DNA from: Planctomycetota bacterium
GTDB lineage: Bacteria; Planctomycetota; GCA-002687715; DRQF01
Length of the DNA: 43,565 bases
Direction: 5' to 3'
Assembly (NCBI GenBank): GCA_036479435.1
Contig: JAZGFI010000267.1
Coordinates: forward strand, 1 to 43,565
Shown: positions 26,595 through 35,194 of the stretch, piece after piece
Layout: every line of letters begins with the position of its first letter
How positions within the stretch are numbered: the first letter of the stretch is position 1
The notes under the pieces: generated by a model
The model's input: the letters and a program-made list of their open reading frames with translations, nothing else
Databases searched by the model: none
Told to the model about the DNA's origin: nothing
Program-made: the position numbers and the translations under genes

Positions 26595-28703
26595 TCAGCC
26601 CGCATCAATGAGCTCTCGGCCTCGCACAGGGCGATGCCTCGACCAAAACTCAAGTGCTGCCGCCAACTCCTCGCCCCTGTCCAGATAGTCGCGGGCGTCT
26701 TCAAAGGCCTCGGCCAAAAGATCTTCGTCCTCGGCGTGCCGAGTGGTCGGGATAAGCCCGTGCTGCCTTAGACCCATCATGTCGCCCGGTCCCCTGAGAT
26801 CAAGATCCCGTTCGGCAATCTCGAATCCATCGTCCGTCTCTAACAGGGCTGACAGGCGTTCCGACTCAGCGGCGGCCTTACCTTTCGATAGCAAGATGCA
26901 GCGGCCACCCTGGCTTCCCCGCCCCACCCTTCCGCGCAATTGATGCAACTGCGCCAAGCCAAACCGGTTGGCCCCGAGAATCACGATTGTCGTCGCATCG
27001 GGGATGTCGACGCCAACCTCGATTACCGTGGTCGCGAACAAGACTCGGACGGGTCCACTGCGGAAAGATTCCAGGTTTTGAGCCTTCTCGTCGGGCTTCA
27101 TGCGGCCATGGACCGCGGCGACGGCGATTCCCCTGAAAAAACGTTTCGCAATCGCACGGCCGTGACCGAGCAAGGTTGGGATCGACGAGCTTTCACTTTC
27201 GATCGCCGGAAAGACGATGAAGATCTTCTCGCCGTTACTGCGAACCGAATCAGCCAATCCTCCCCAATCAAACTTGCCGTCGCGGTCGGCGACGTGATTG
27301 ACGGTCTGCACCCTGCGGCGCCCCGGAGGGCGCTCGCGAATCGAACTCGTCTCTAGGTCTGAGAACAGGGACAAGGCCAAGGTACGTGGTATGGGCGTAG
27401 CGCTCATGGCGAGCAAATGAGGATGCTCGCCCTTGCGAACCAAGCGAAGTCGCTGCATCACCCCGAAACGATGCTGCTCATCGACAATAACCAAGCCGAG
27501 GCACTTGAAATTCACGCCGTCAGCGATGAGCGCGTGGGTTCCGACCACGATTCGGACGCGCCCTTCGCTCAACCCCGCCAGGGCGCGCCGCCGGTCTTTG
27601 GCGGTATTGGCGCCGATGAGCAACTCAGATTCGACTCCCAGCTCGGCGGCCCTTGCCTTGATTTCGCGAAAAAACTGGCGCGCCAATGCCTCCGTCGGCG
27701 CCAAAATGGCCACCTGTCTAGCGGCCCGCGCGACCAAGATGGCCGCGGCCGCCGCGACGGCAGTCTTGCCGCAGCCGACATCGCCCTGCACGAGTCGTCG
27801 CATGGGGACTTCCGATGCGAGGTCTTGAACGACGTCGTCCAGAGCCTGGCTTTGCCCCTTGGTGAACTCGAAAGGAAACACGCGGAGAACCCGCTGAATT
27901 TCCTCTAAGGTCACTTGGATGCCACGACGAAACTTCGACTGCAGGGCCAGTCGTGATCGAGAGCGTTTCGCGCCCTCAATGCGAAGCGCGCGCGCGAAAA
28001 ATCCCTGGTACACCAATCGTCGGTCCACCGCCGCTAGCACCTGATCGGATGGAGGAAAGTGAATGCCTTCCAAAGTCTCGCGCAAGCTCAACAGATCGCG
28101 CTTGGATCTCAGCTCTGCGGGGAGAGGATCTTCGAGCTGCTCCCATTCAACCGCCAGCGCAGCGGCAATCAAGGTTTGCAGGGTCTTCGGTTTGATGCTC
28201 CCGATGGTGGCATGCACCGCAATCGGTCGGTTTAGTTCCACTTCGTTGATGTCGTCGCCTGTGAGATAGTCCGAAACTCTCAGCTCGCAACTCGATTCCG
28301 CGCTCACGACGCCACAAGCCGCCAATTGCATCCCGGGCGTAAAAGATCCGCGCAACCAACCCTGGTTGAAAAACTGCAGCGAAACCTCTTGGCCCGCGCA
28401 GTCCAGAACGACTTTGAGATGGCCTCCCTTTCTGCGGCGACTCGATCGATGCTGCTGTTTGAGAACGGTGCCAATGACCGTCGCGGCCTGCCCGGTCACG
28501 AGCCCTGCTGCTTTCCCAAGCGGGGGTCGGGTGCGGTAGCGCCGCGGAAATCGGGCGATCAAGGCCCGGGTGTCGTGAATACCCAGCGCCGCGAAATCGG
28601 CCACGCGGGCAGGTCCCACGCCGCTGAGTTCGCCGATGGATCGCACTGTGGACTCAGAGGCCGCGAGGCCGGAAGCGGAATCTGCGGGCCTTTTTTGGCT
28701 CAT
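26595..28703 (-). CDS. recG: ATP-dependent DNA helicase RecG
   Basis: Wedge domain (FFNQ), QGDVGCGKT, APTEALA.Q, DEQHRFGV.QR, MSATPIPRTL, QLHQLRGRVGRG and DGFEIAERDL..RGPG motifs. Confidence 0.97.
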   Translation of the reverse strand: MSQKRPADSASGLAASESTVRSIGELSGVGPARVADFAALGIHDTRALIARFPRRYRTRPPLGKAAGLVTGQAATVIGTVLKQQHRSSRRRKGGHLKVVLDCAGQEVSLQFFNQGWLRGSFTPGMQLAACGVVSAESSCELRVSDYLTGDDINEVELNRPIAVHATIGSIKPKTLQTLIAAALAVEWEQLEDPLPAELRSKRDLLSLRETLEGIHFPPSDQVLAAVDRRLVYQGFFARALRIEGAKRSRSRLALQSKFRRGIQVTLEEIQRVLRVFPFEFTKGQSQALDDVVQDLASEVPMRRLVQGDVGCGKTAVAAAAAILVARAARQVAILAPTEALARQFFREIKARAAELGVESELLIGANTAKDRRRALAGLSEGRVRIVVGTHALIADGVNFKCLGLVIVDEQHRFGVMQRLRLVRKGEHPHLLAMSATPIPRTLALSLFSDLETSSIRERPPGRRRVQTVNHVADRDGKFDWGGLADSVRSNGEKIFIVFPAIESESSSIPTLLGHGRAIAKRFFRGIAVAAVHGRMKPDEKAQNLESFRSGPVRVLFATTVIEVGVDIPDATTIVILGANRFGLAQLHQLRGRVGRGSQGGRCILLSKGKAAAESERLSALLETDDGFEIAERDLDLRGPGDMMGLRQHGLIPTTRHAEDEDLLAEAFEDARDYLDRGEELAAALEFWSRHRPVRGRELIDAG

Positions 28704-28709
28704 GAGTCC

Positions 28710-28937
28710 CTACTTCTTCTTGCGATTGGGGTGCTGAGGCAAGGGAGCTTTTTCCCGCAGGCGCGCAACGATGACCTCGGCGTCGAGACCGTGCGGCTGC
28801 ACGCCGACGGCGAGCGTTTCGTGGAAAGCAACGATGCACTCCGAGCAAGGCAAACCAAACTCCAGCAGCACGTCTTTCGCCTTGGGGTGCGCGTCAACGA
28901 TGTCAGCGACGATCATCTCTTGGGAGTAGTCAGCCAT
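28710..28937 (-). CDS. DUF1858-like small CxxC protein
   Basis: M.VADIV..HP...DVL..FGLPCSEC....ETL..G...HGLD pattern; 75 aa from the ATG at 28937. Confidence 0.85.
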   Translation of the reverse strand: MADYSQEMIVADIVDAHPKAKDVLLEFGLPCSECIVAFHETLAVGVQPHGLDAEVIVARLREKAPLPQHPNRKKK

Positions 28938-28944
28938 GGGGGGC

Positions 28945-28974
28945 ACTCTATCAGAAGCCTCAAAACCACGCCAA
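28945..28974 (-). promoter_or_regulatory. Putative promoter giving a leaderless DUF1858-recG transcript
   Basis: TTGGCG-18 nt-TAGAGT (TG-extended), 7 nt upstream of the ATG, with no SD. Confidence 0.45.
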
Positions 28975-29060
28975 GACCCGTTTGCGGGGAACTTCTCGCA
29001 AAGGGGCAGCACATGATATTATTTCGGCCACGAGCACGAACTATGGGAGTTGTTTTCGAC

Positions 29061-30512
29061 ATGACTTTTCGCTTTCTCCTTCGCGGCAACGCGGAACGTA
29101 TTTCGGATAGCTGCCGTTTGGCAATCTTGGGTTTGTTTCTCGGCGGTTTTTGCCTGACCCTCGGGGCTGAGGCCCAAGTCGATGGCATGGGCGACGCGCC
29201 GAGCGCAAAGGTTCAGGCCAGAATCAACAAACTCGAAGAAGAACGCGAAGCGGAGTCCAGTAAGCTCGCCGTGGTCCATCTCGCGATGCAAGACCTTTAC
29301 GAGTCACTCTCCAAGACCTACGCCGAGGCCAGCTCTGGTCAGTCCGCCGCGGTGGTTGACGAATTGGAACGTATCCTTGACCCGGCGTTTCGCGCCGCCG
29401 CTCAAACCGCGGAGAAAACGCGAGGCAACGTCAAAAAAACGTCCGGCGCCTTTGCCAGGGAACTGCCGAACGCGCTTCGGCGGCTCGAAAACGAGTTTCT
29501 CAAGACGCTCGTGAGCTTGGTTAAGCGGGCGGCCTTGAAAACGAGCCGCGACGAAGCCGCCAACTTGACGGACTTCAGCCCCCGAGATTTTGCCATCGCC
29601 GTTGCCCGCCAGGCTTTCGCCGGCAAAGTTGAGTTCGGCGACGTCTGGAACGATTTCGTCGTACCCAAGAGCAAGTTGGCGAAGCAGTACCAAGAGCAAC
29701 GAGGCGTCGTGCAGAAACTTGACGAGCGCATCACCGTCCTCAAAGATCCGAAGATGGCTTTTACCATCGGTGCGCCCAAAAACATGGCGCGAATTCCCGG
29801 CGGCTCCTACACCGTTGAATCAAAGTATGGATTCGTCAAGAAGCGCCGCAAACCAAAAGTCATCGCCTTCTACATCGATCTCTACGAAGTTACCCACGAG
29901 GAGTACTGGAAGAACTACTACCTGAACCTCAAAGAAGCGGCGGACAAAGAAGCCGCTTTACCCCGCAGTCAAGACGGCAAGGCGATTTGGTTCCAGGAGC
30001 CCACGAGCGGCGAGTACCAGCCCCTCCCTGACATGATGCGTTGGCCGGTAACCGGCATCGACTGCGTCTCGGCGCTGGCCTACGCAAAAGCTCAGGGCAA
30101 GCGCCTGCCCACCGAAGTCGAGTGGGTCGCCGCGGCGGCAGGGTCACCCAAGGATTCTTGGCTCTACTCTTGGGGCAGGACCTACGCGACCGGATTTTGT
30201 AACGACAAAAAAGCGGGACGCGGCACACCCGCCCCCGTCGACGAGTTCAAGGCGGGGCGATCTCATTTCGGGGTTTACCAGTGCTGCGGCAACGTCAAAG
30301 AGTGGCTCGCGACGACCAAGAAAGGCAAGGACTTCAAAGACGAAGTCCCCCGCGGAAAAAACGTGGTTATCCGCGGCGGCAGCTACCTCGAACAGCAAAC
30401 CGGAGTCAGCCTCTTATGGCGCTGGGAACTCCCCGGCTCCGCCACCAGACTCGAAGACCTGGGCTTTCGTTGTGCCCAAGACATCCTCGGAGCCAAAAGG
30501 AAAACCCGCTGA
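29061..30512 (+). CDS. Exported FGE-sulfatase (SUMF1/CLec-fold) domain protein with a helical N-terminal region
   Basis: Signal peptide ending AEA; FYIDLYEVT, PVTGI, GKRLPTEVEW, YSWG, GNVKEW, RGGSY and GFRC motifs. The start is at 29043 or 29061; the upstream part of the tracked ORF overlaps recG. Confidence 0.88.
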   Translation: MTFRFLLRGNAERISDSCRLAILGLFLGGFCLTLGAEAQVDGMGDAPSAKVQARINKLEEEREAESSKLAVVHLAMQDLYESLSKTYAEASSGQSAAVVDELERILDPAFRAAAQTAEKTRGNVKKTSGAFARELPNALRRLENEFLKTLVSLVKRAALKTSRDEAANLTDFSPRDFAIAVARQAFAGKVEFGDVWNDFVVPKSKLAKQYQEQRGVVQKLDERITVLKDPKMAFTIGAPKNMARIPGGSYTVESKYGFVKKRRKPKVIAFYIDLYEVTHEEYWKNYYLNLKEAADKEAALPRSQDGKAIWFQEPTSGEYQPLPDMMRWPVTGIDCVSALAYAKAQGKRLPTEVEWVAAAAGSPKDSWLYSWGRTYATGFCNDKKAGRGTPAPVDEFKAGRSHFGVYQCCGNVKEWLATTKKGKDFKDEVPRGKNVVIRGGSYLEQQTGVSLLWRWELPGSATRLEDLGFRCAQDILGAKRKTR

Positions 30513-30529
30513 GAATTCAGCGGGTTTTC
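30500..30529. terminator. Bidirectional terminator-like hairpin between convergent genes
   Basis: GAAAACCCGCTGA-GAAT-TCAGCGGGTTTTC, a perfect 13-bp stem. Confidence 0.75.
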
Positions 30530-30577
30530 GATCTGAGTTTGCCGCAGTGAGGAGCCGCTGATAGCAGCTAGGTCGGA

Positions 30578-31180
30578 CTATCGCTGCGAATGCGAGATGA
30601 CGACAAGGTCCGTGTCGTCAAGCGCCTTGAAGGAGTGCGGGAATACGCGGTCGTATTTGACGCACTCACCGGCATTGATTTCAAAAGTCTTATCGTTGAC
30701 CGTCATTTCCAAGCGCCCCGATTGCACGATCACCGATTCAATATCGCGATTGTGGACATCGAGACGGCTCGCTTCGGCACCTTTTGGAGCATGGCCGTAA
30801 GACACGTCGAGGTCTTCGAAGGCGAAGGTCTGGAAACTGAAGGCGCCGCTGCGAAACTCGCGAGATAGGAGTTTTTCGGCGTCGCGTTTTTCGGCCAAGG
30901 CGACGAGGTTGTAGGTCGTCACCCCAAGTCCCGCCGCGATCTTGTCGAGAGTTTCGAGGTTGGGTTTGATGAGGTTGGTTTCGATGCGCGAAATCGGCGC
31001 GTAGCTGAGCCCGCAGAGTTTCGCGAACCGCTCGATGGTCAGATTGCGTTTTTGACGCAGGGTCCGGATGACGGAGAAGTCGTATTTCTTACGGACTTCT
31101 TCTTCGCGTTGCGTTCGGCTGCGCTTCGCTTTTTTTTTCTCTCCGTCTTTGGCTGGCTTGACGCCCCCTTCGTAGGCCAT
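30578..31180 (-). CDS. XRE family HTH transcriptional regulator with a C-terminal cupin
   Basis: IRTLRQKRNLT...A..CGLS...ISRIE.....PNLETL.KIA HTH; cupin V.SG.L..V......AG....D...PHSF. GGAGGAG RBS before the ATG at 31180. Confidence 0.92.
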   Translation of the reverse strand: MAYEGGVKPAKDGEKKKAKRSRTQREEEVRKKYDFSVIRTLRQKRNLTIERFAKLCGLSYAPISRIETNLIKPNLETLDKIAAGLGVTTYNLVALAEKRDAEKLLSREFRSGAFSFQTFAFEDLDVSYGHAPKGAEASRLDVHNRDIESVIVQSGRLEMTVNDKTFEINAGECVKYDRVFPHSFKALDDTDLVVISHSQR

Positions 31181-31531
31181 GTGCTCTCCTCCCAACAGTT
31201 CCCGCGCCACGACGGCGTCTCTCTATAACGCAACATTCGGGGCGATCCGCGCCAAGTGCTTGATTGCCAATTGAATAGCTCAATCTGACACCAGCCGAGA
31301 TTATCCCGCAGGGATACAAAAGAAACAAGAGAAATGATCTAAGAGCTTTCGAGTATGGAATACCCCTCTTTCGATATACGCCTAAGGTGACGGCCATAAG
31401 TCACTATAGCCAATAGTTTTAAGTCGTTGTCACTGGCGGCGAAGCGCCGGCGGATGAGGCTGAAAACCCTGGGAAAAAAGACGAAACTGGGCCTCGTGTC
31501 GAGGCCATCTCGGTTCGCACCCGTCAAGAGA

Positions 31532-33082
31532 CTAGTAGGGAAGGATGAAGTGGAGGGTCACCTTGGAAGACTGCGCAAAATCCTTCGCCGACTTCGCCGA
31601 CTTCGCCGGCGGTCGACTCACGGGATCTACAGAGTCACGCAGGCTACTTTTGGGCTCCGGGGCCGTCGCGATGACGCGCAAGCCCAAGCCTGTGTTTTGT
31701 CGAAGGCTTGCCAAGAACTCCTCGACCCTCGCTTCGGCCAACACCACTTCGAGGAATTCTCCCCGCACCGCAGTGGACTTAGACTTACCCTTCAAACCAG
31801 AGCTTCTGAGTGATCGGATCGGACGCCGTTCGCAACTCATTGCCTTCAACTGCTTGGCGAGTGCTTCGATCTGTGCGCCGGCTTTTTTTCCTCCCGTCGC
31901 AAACAACACCCGTGGACGTTGACGACGGCTCTCCGGTCGCACCAGGTGAACCGCGCCTTTTTTAGCCCTTGGTTTCGATTTGGCCCCCATTTCCTTGGGA
32001 CTTTTGGAGACCTTCGCGCCGGGAGTCCCGGCTTTCGCCGCTCCCTTATTCCGACTGCGCCTTTTTAGTCTGTCGAAATTTTGGGATCCGGGTCTGGCCT
32101 CAGGCAGTGGCGTCCCGGGGGCCGTTGGGGCTCCCGCTAGTGCCCCGCTAACACCACCGTCGGCGGGCGCATCATGGCCCCTACCCGCTTCGCCATTCGG
32201 GACCGATATGGACCGTATGAGTCTGGTGGAAAAGACTTTCTCGTAGCGGCGTCCCGCGCGTTCTTCAAGGGCCTCAACCCAACCTTCGAGGCGACCATCA
32301 GATAGCTCAAACTGCGCCAATTCGTCCAGCTTGAGCGTGGCAATGGGGAGTGACGGCGTCAACTTGCCGAGAAAAGCCCTCGCTTTCTTTTCGCGTCCGC
32401 GTTCAGTCTCTAACAAGCGGCTATCGAGCCTCTCCTCATCGTGTTCGTCAACCGGAATTCGAACCGGCTTCGCGTCCACTTCCAAGCGGCCATTGCTTCG
32501 ATCGCCCTTTCCTCCCGAAAGAGCGCCCCTGGCGCTTTTCGCTTGAGGCGCAGCTTTCTTACCCAAACGAGAGTGAGCTGCATCCCGCACTGAAGTCATG
32601 ACAGCTCGGCTCGAAACACTCGTCCGACCTTCCAAGGAGCTGTCAGTCTTTTCTTCCGCCTCACTTTTGTCCGCTACGTGATGTTGCACCAAATTCTCAG
32701 CTGCGACACCTTGAACGTCGCCTCCGTTCGAAAGGTGTTCGCGAGCCAGCACAAATGCCCCAAAGGTCAGAGCAAGGATTCCGGCCGCAACACGCACCCG
32801 ACCCAGACGCTGCCAAAGCGTCAAGGGCAGCGTGGAGCTTTGCGAAGAGTTGCGCTCTTCGCGCAAGGCAGATTCGAGCCGTGGCCAAAGTTCTTTCGGA
32901 ATTGCCACGGGAGGCAAGGCAGCTAATCCGGCGATGAGAGTTCGGAGATTCGCACACTCATTGCGGCAGTCCTCGCAGCTCTCAAGATGACTCTCAAGGC
33001 GCAGGCATTCGCCATCGGACAACATACCGTCGACGTAGGTGCCCAACTGTTCTTTGTGCTCGCGACATTTAGAGCGGGTCAT
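31532..33082 (-). CDS. Zinc-finger (zf-HC2) anti-sigma factor, single TM
   Basis: HLESCEDC (HxxxCxxC), TM helix at about aa 97-112, and an ATGA overlap with the ECF sigma gene. Confidence 0.85.
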   Translation of the reverse strand: MTRSKCREHKEQLGTYVDGMLSDGECLRLESHLESCEDCRNECANLRTLIAGLAALPPVAIPKELWPRLESALREERNSSQSSTLPLTLWQRLGRVRVAAGILALTFGAFVLAREHLSNGGDVQGVAAENLVQHHVADKSEAEEKTDSSLEGRTSVSSRAVMTSVRDAAHSRLGKKAAPQAKSARGALSGGKGDRSNGRLEVDAKPVRIPVDEHDEERLDSRLLETERGREKKARAFLGKLTPSLPIATLKLDELAQFELSDGRLEGWVEALEERAGRRYEKVFSTRLIRSISVPNGEAGRGHDAPADGGVSGALAGAPTAPGTPLPEARPGSQNFDRLKRRSRNKGAAKAGTPGAKVSKSPKEMGAKSKPRAKKGAVHLVRPESRRQRPRVLFATGGKKAGAQIEALAKQLKAMSCERRPIRSLRSSGLKGKSKSTAVRGEFLEVVLAEARVEEFLASLRQNTGLGLRVIATAPEPKSSLRDSVDPVSRPPAKSAKSAKDFAQSSKVTLHFILPY

Positions 33083-33735
33083 GATCGTTCCGCCTCCTGT
33101 TCGCCACTGATGCGCGCCAAAGTAGATCTGAGTTCTAAACGAGCGCGATGCAGTCTCGAACGCACCGTCCCCACTGGAATCTCGAGCAATTCGGCGATCT
33201 CCTCGTAGGGGCGTTGCTCGATATCGCGCAATAAAATGATCTCTCTAAAATCCGAGATTAGGCTCTGCAAGGCCTGAATGAGCTGCCCCTGTCGTTCTTT
33301 GTTCAGCGCATCTCGAGCGGGGTCGTGCGACTTGTCTTCGACGTCTATCGACGACGAGTCCTCGGCGGAAAACGCCGTGCTCAGTGACAACGACACCTTG
33401 GGTCGCGCCATTACCCGACGTTGATCGGACAACACGACGTTCCGAGCGATTCGGTAGACCCAGGTAAAAAAGCCAGCTTGGCCCTGATACCCTTCGAGTC
33501 CGCGCCAGGCGCGAATAAAGGTCTCTTGAGTGAGGTCGAGCGCGAGATCGGCGTCGCGCACCATTCTGGTCACGGTGCTGTAAACCCTTTCGTGATAACG
33601 GCGCATGAGTTCATCGAAGGCCTCCCCGTCGCCCTTGGCTCCGCGCTCAATGAGCAGCGAATCCGAGGCTTCTTGGGCCTTGGGCCCTGAAGTGGCAGCA
33701 GAGGTATCCCCCGTTGTCCTCGGCCTTTGACTCAT
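33079..33735 (-). CDS. ECF family RNA polymerase sigma factor
   Basis: GD.EAF..L, DLTQETFIRAW, F.TWVYRIARN and YEEIAELLEIPVGTVRSRLHRAR motifs. GGAGG RBS before the ATG at 33735. Confidence 0.95.
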   Translation of the reverse strand: MSQRPRTTGDTSAATSGPKAQEASDSLLIERGAKGDGEAFDELMRRYHERVYSTVTRMVRDADLALDLTQETFIRAWRGLEGYQGQAGFFTWVYRIARNVVLSDQRRVMARPKVSLSLSTAFSAEDSSSIDVEDKSHDPARDALNKERQGQLIQALQSLISDFREIILLRDIEQRPYEEIAELLEIPVGTVRSRLHRARLELRSTLARISGEQEAERS

Positions 33736-33769
33736 GCTTCCTCCGATCGTTCCCGCATCTACGACTTTT

Positions 33770-35104
33770 TTACGCTCGATTGAGTGGGAAGCCAAACCCA
33801 GTTCTCGTCAAAAATGCACGATGAGCTCGTCTCAAGACCGTGTCGTCGGGCATGCGGTCCAAAACGACGCCACAGCTCGTATCTCCCTCGGCCGCTGCAA
33901 ATGCCCGGCCCCGAAAACCGCGTTCCTCAAAAAACCCCGACCAGCGTTCTAGGAGTTCTGGGTCTCGACCGACACCCGGCCCGACCAAACACAGCACACT
34001 CGCGGGGTTGCCGCCAAATTCTCGGTCGCCCAGGTCGCTCCAGCGGCTCACGCGGTTTTGTGTTTGCAAGTAGCCTTGCCCACCCAGGTCTTCGTGCCGG
34101 GCCGGGATTTTGTCTTTCCTCGCCCCGGCCGGCCAATAGCGCACGTCGCCCATTGAAGTCAGCGCCAAGGGGCCCGAGGTTTTCATCGGCTCTCCATCGA
34201 TGACGCTAAAGGCGGCGTCCGGCTGTTGGGAGCAGCGGACCTGGAGTCTCACCCCGGTCCGCATCGCGGGTTCGATCGCACGACGGTGAAGGACGCCAGC
34301 TCCGCGACGCGCCATTTCGGAGGCGATGGCATAGTCAATGTGAGCCAGGAGCGCGGCACTCGGAACACAGCGCGGATCAGCGCTTCGGATTCCGCAAACG
34401 TCGGTCCAAATCGTCACATCGGCGCCACCCCAAGCTGCGGCCAAAGCGGTCGCCGTCAAGTCCGATCCACCGCGGCCCAAAAGTACCAAGTCATCATCAG
34501 CACGCGCCCGAAACCCGGTGACAACAGGAACGGCGCCAGCCTCCAACTGCGGTCGCAATGCCTCTTTGATGCCAGCGTCGGCCGCGGCGGAGGGCATCGC
34601 AGCGTCGAAGGGTCCGGAGGCACTCAGGAAATCCGCAGCATCAAAAACGCGCGCCGGAATATCGCGCTCCCGCAGGGCGGCAGCTACCAAGTGCGCTGAC
34701 AAGAGTTCGCCAAGCGATATGAGCTGTCGGACGAGACGAAAATCAAGTGAAGAACGTGCACCAGTTTGCGAACTTGACCACTTCGAAAAATCCGCGGCCG
34801 CCCTTTCGGCCAGTTGCTCAAGCTCGCAGCGAGCCTCCAAGTTGGCGCCGAGTTCTTCGAGATAAGCAAGATGTGATTGGATCAGACGATCAAAGTCACG
34901 TCGCGCCCATTGCGGTTCATCAGCATTCAAAAGACGTGCGAGTTCGTCGGTCACGCCCGACATGGCCGAGGCCACGACGATACGAGGCTCTTTGGTCTTG
35001 AGCGCGCCCGAGCGAGATTCGGCCACGAGGCCCGCCGCGTGTGCAATGCGTTCGGCGTTGCCCAAACTGGTTCCGCCGAACTTGTGAACTGCGAGGTTCT
35101 TCAC
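33770..35104 (-). CDS. lysC: Aspartate kinase
   Basis: HKFGGTS, SAMSGVTD, GELLSA, LGRGGSD.TA and IWTDV.G..ADPR motifs; divergent C-terminal ACT-like region. GTG start at 35104. Confidence 0.9.
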   Translation of the reverse strand: MKNLAVHKFGGTSLGNAERIAHAAGLVAESRSGALKTKEPRIVVASAMSGVTDELARLLNADEPQWARRDFDRLIQSHLAYLEELGANLEARCELEQLAERAAADFSKWSSSQTGARSSLDFRLVRQLISLGELLSAHLVAAALRERDIPARVFDAADFLSASGPFDAAMPSAAADAGIKEALRPQLEAGAVPVVTGFRARADDDLVLLGRGGSDLTATALAAAWGGADVTIWTDVCGIRSADPRCVPSAALLAHIDYAIASEMARRGAGVLHRRAIEPAMRTGVRLQVRCSQQPDAAFSVIDGEPMKTSGPLALTSMGDVRYWPAGARKDKIPARHEDLGGQGYLQTQNRVSRWSDLGDREFGGNPASVLCLVGPGVGRDPELLERWSGFFEERGFRGRAFAAAEGDTSCGVVLDRMPDDTVLRRAHRAFLTRTGFGFPLNRA

Positions 35105-35194
35105 GCTTGGTCCTGGGAACAACTAAGGTCGCGTCTAAGCCACAAGGCTACCGGCATTTTCTCCCAGATCCAAAAGATCAGGACCCTGGGAGCA

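Noticed and set aside
28326..29042. 5' extension of the 728-aa ORF
   Set aside because: It overlaps recG and DUF1858 on the other strand; the signal peptide and RBS point to a start at 29043 or 29061.
30370..30530. FGE/CLec C-terminus followed by a hairpin, resembling a DGR variable region
   Set aside because: No template repeat or reverse transcriptase is present in the window, and the hairpin is explained as a bidirectional terminator. A remote DGR cannot be excluded without a genome search.
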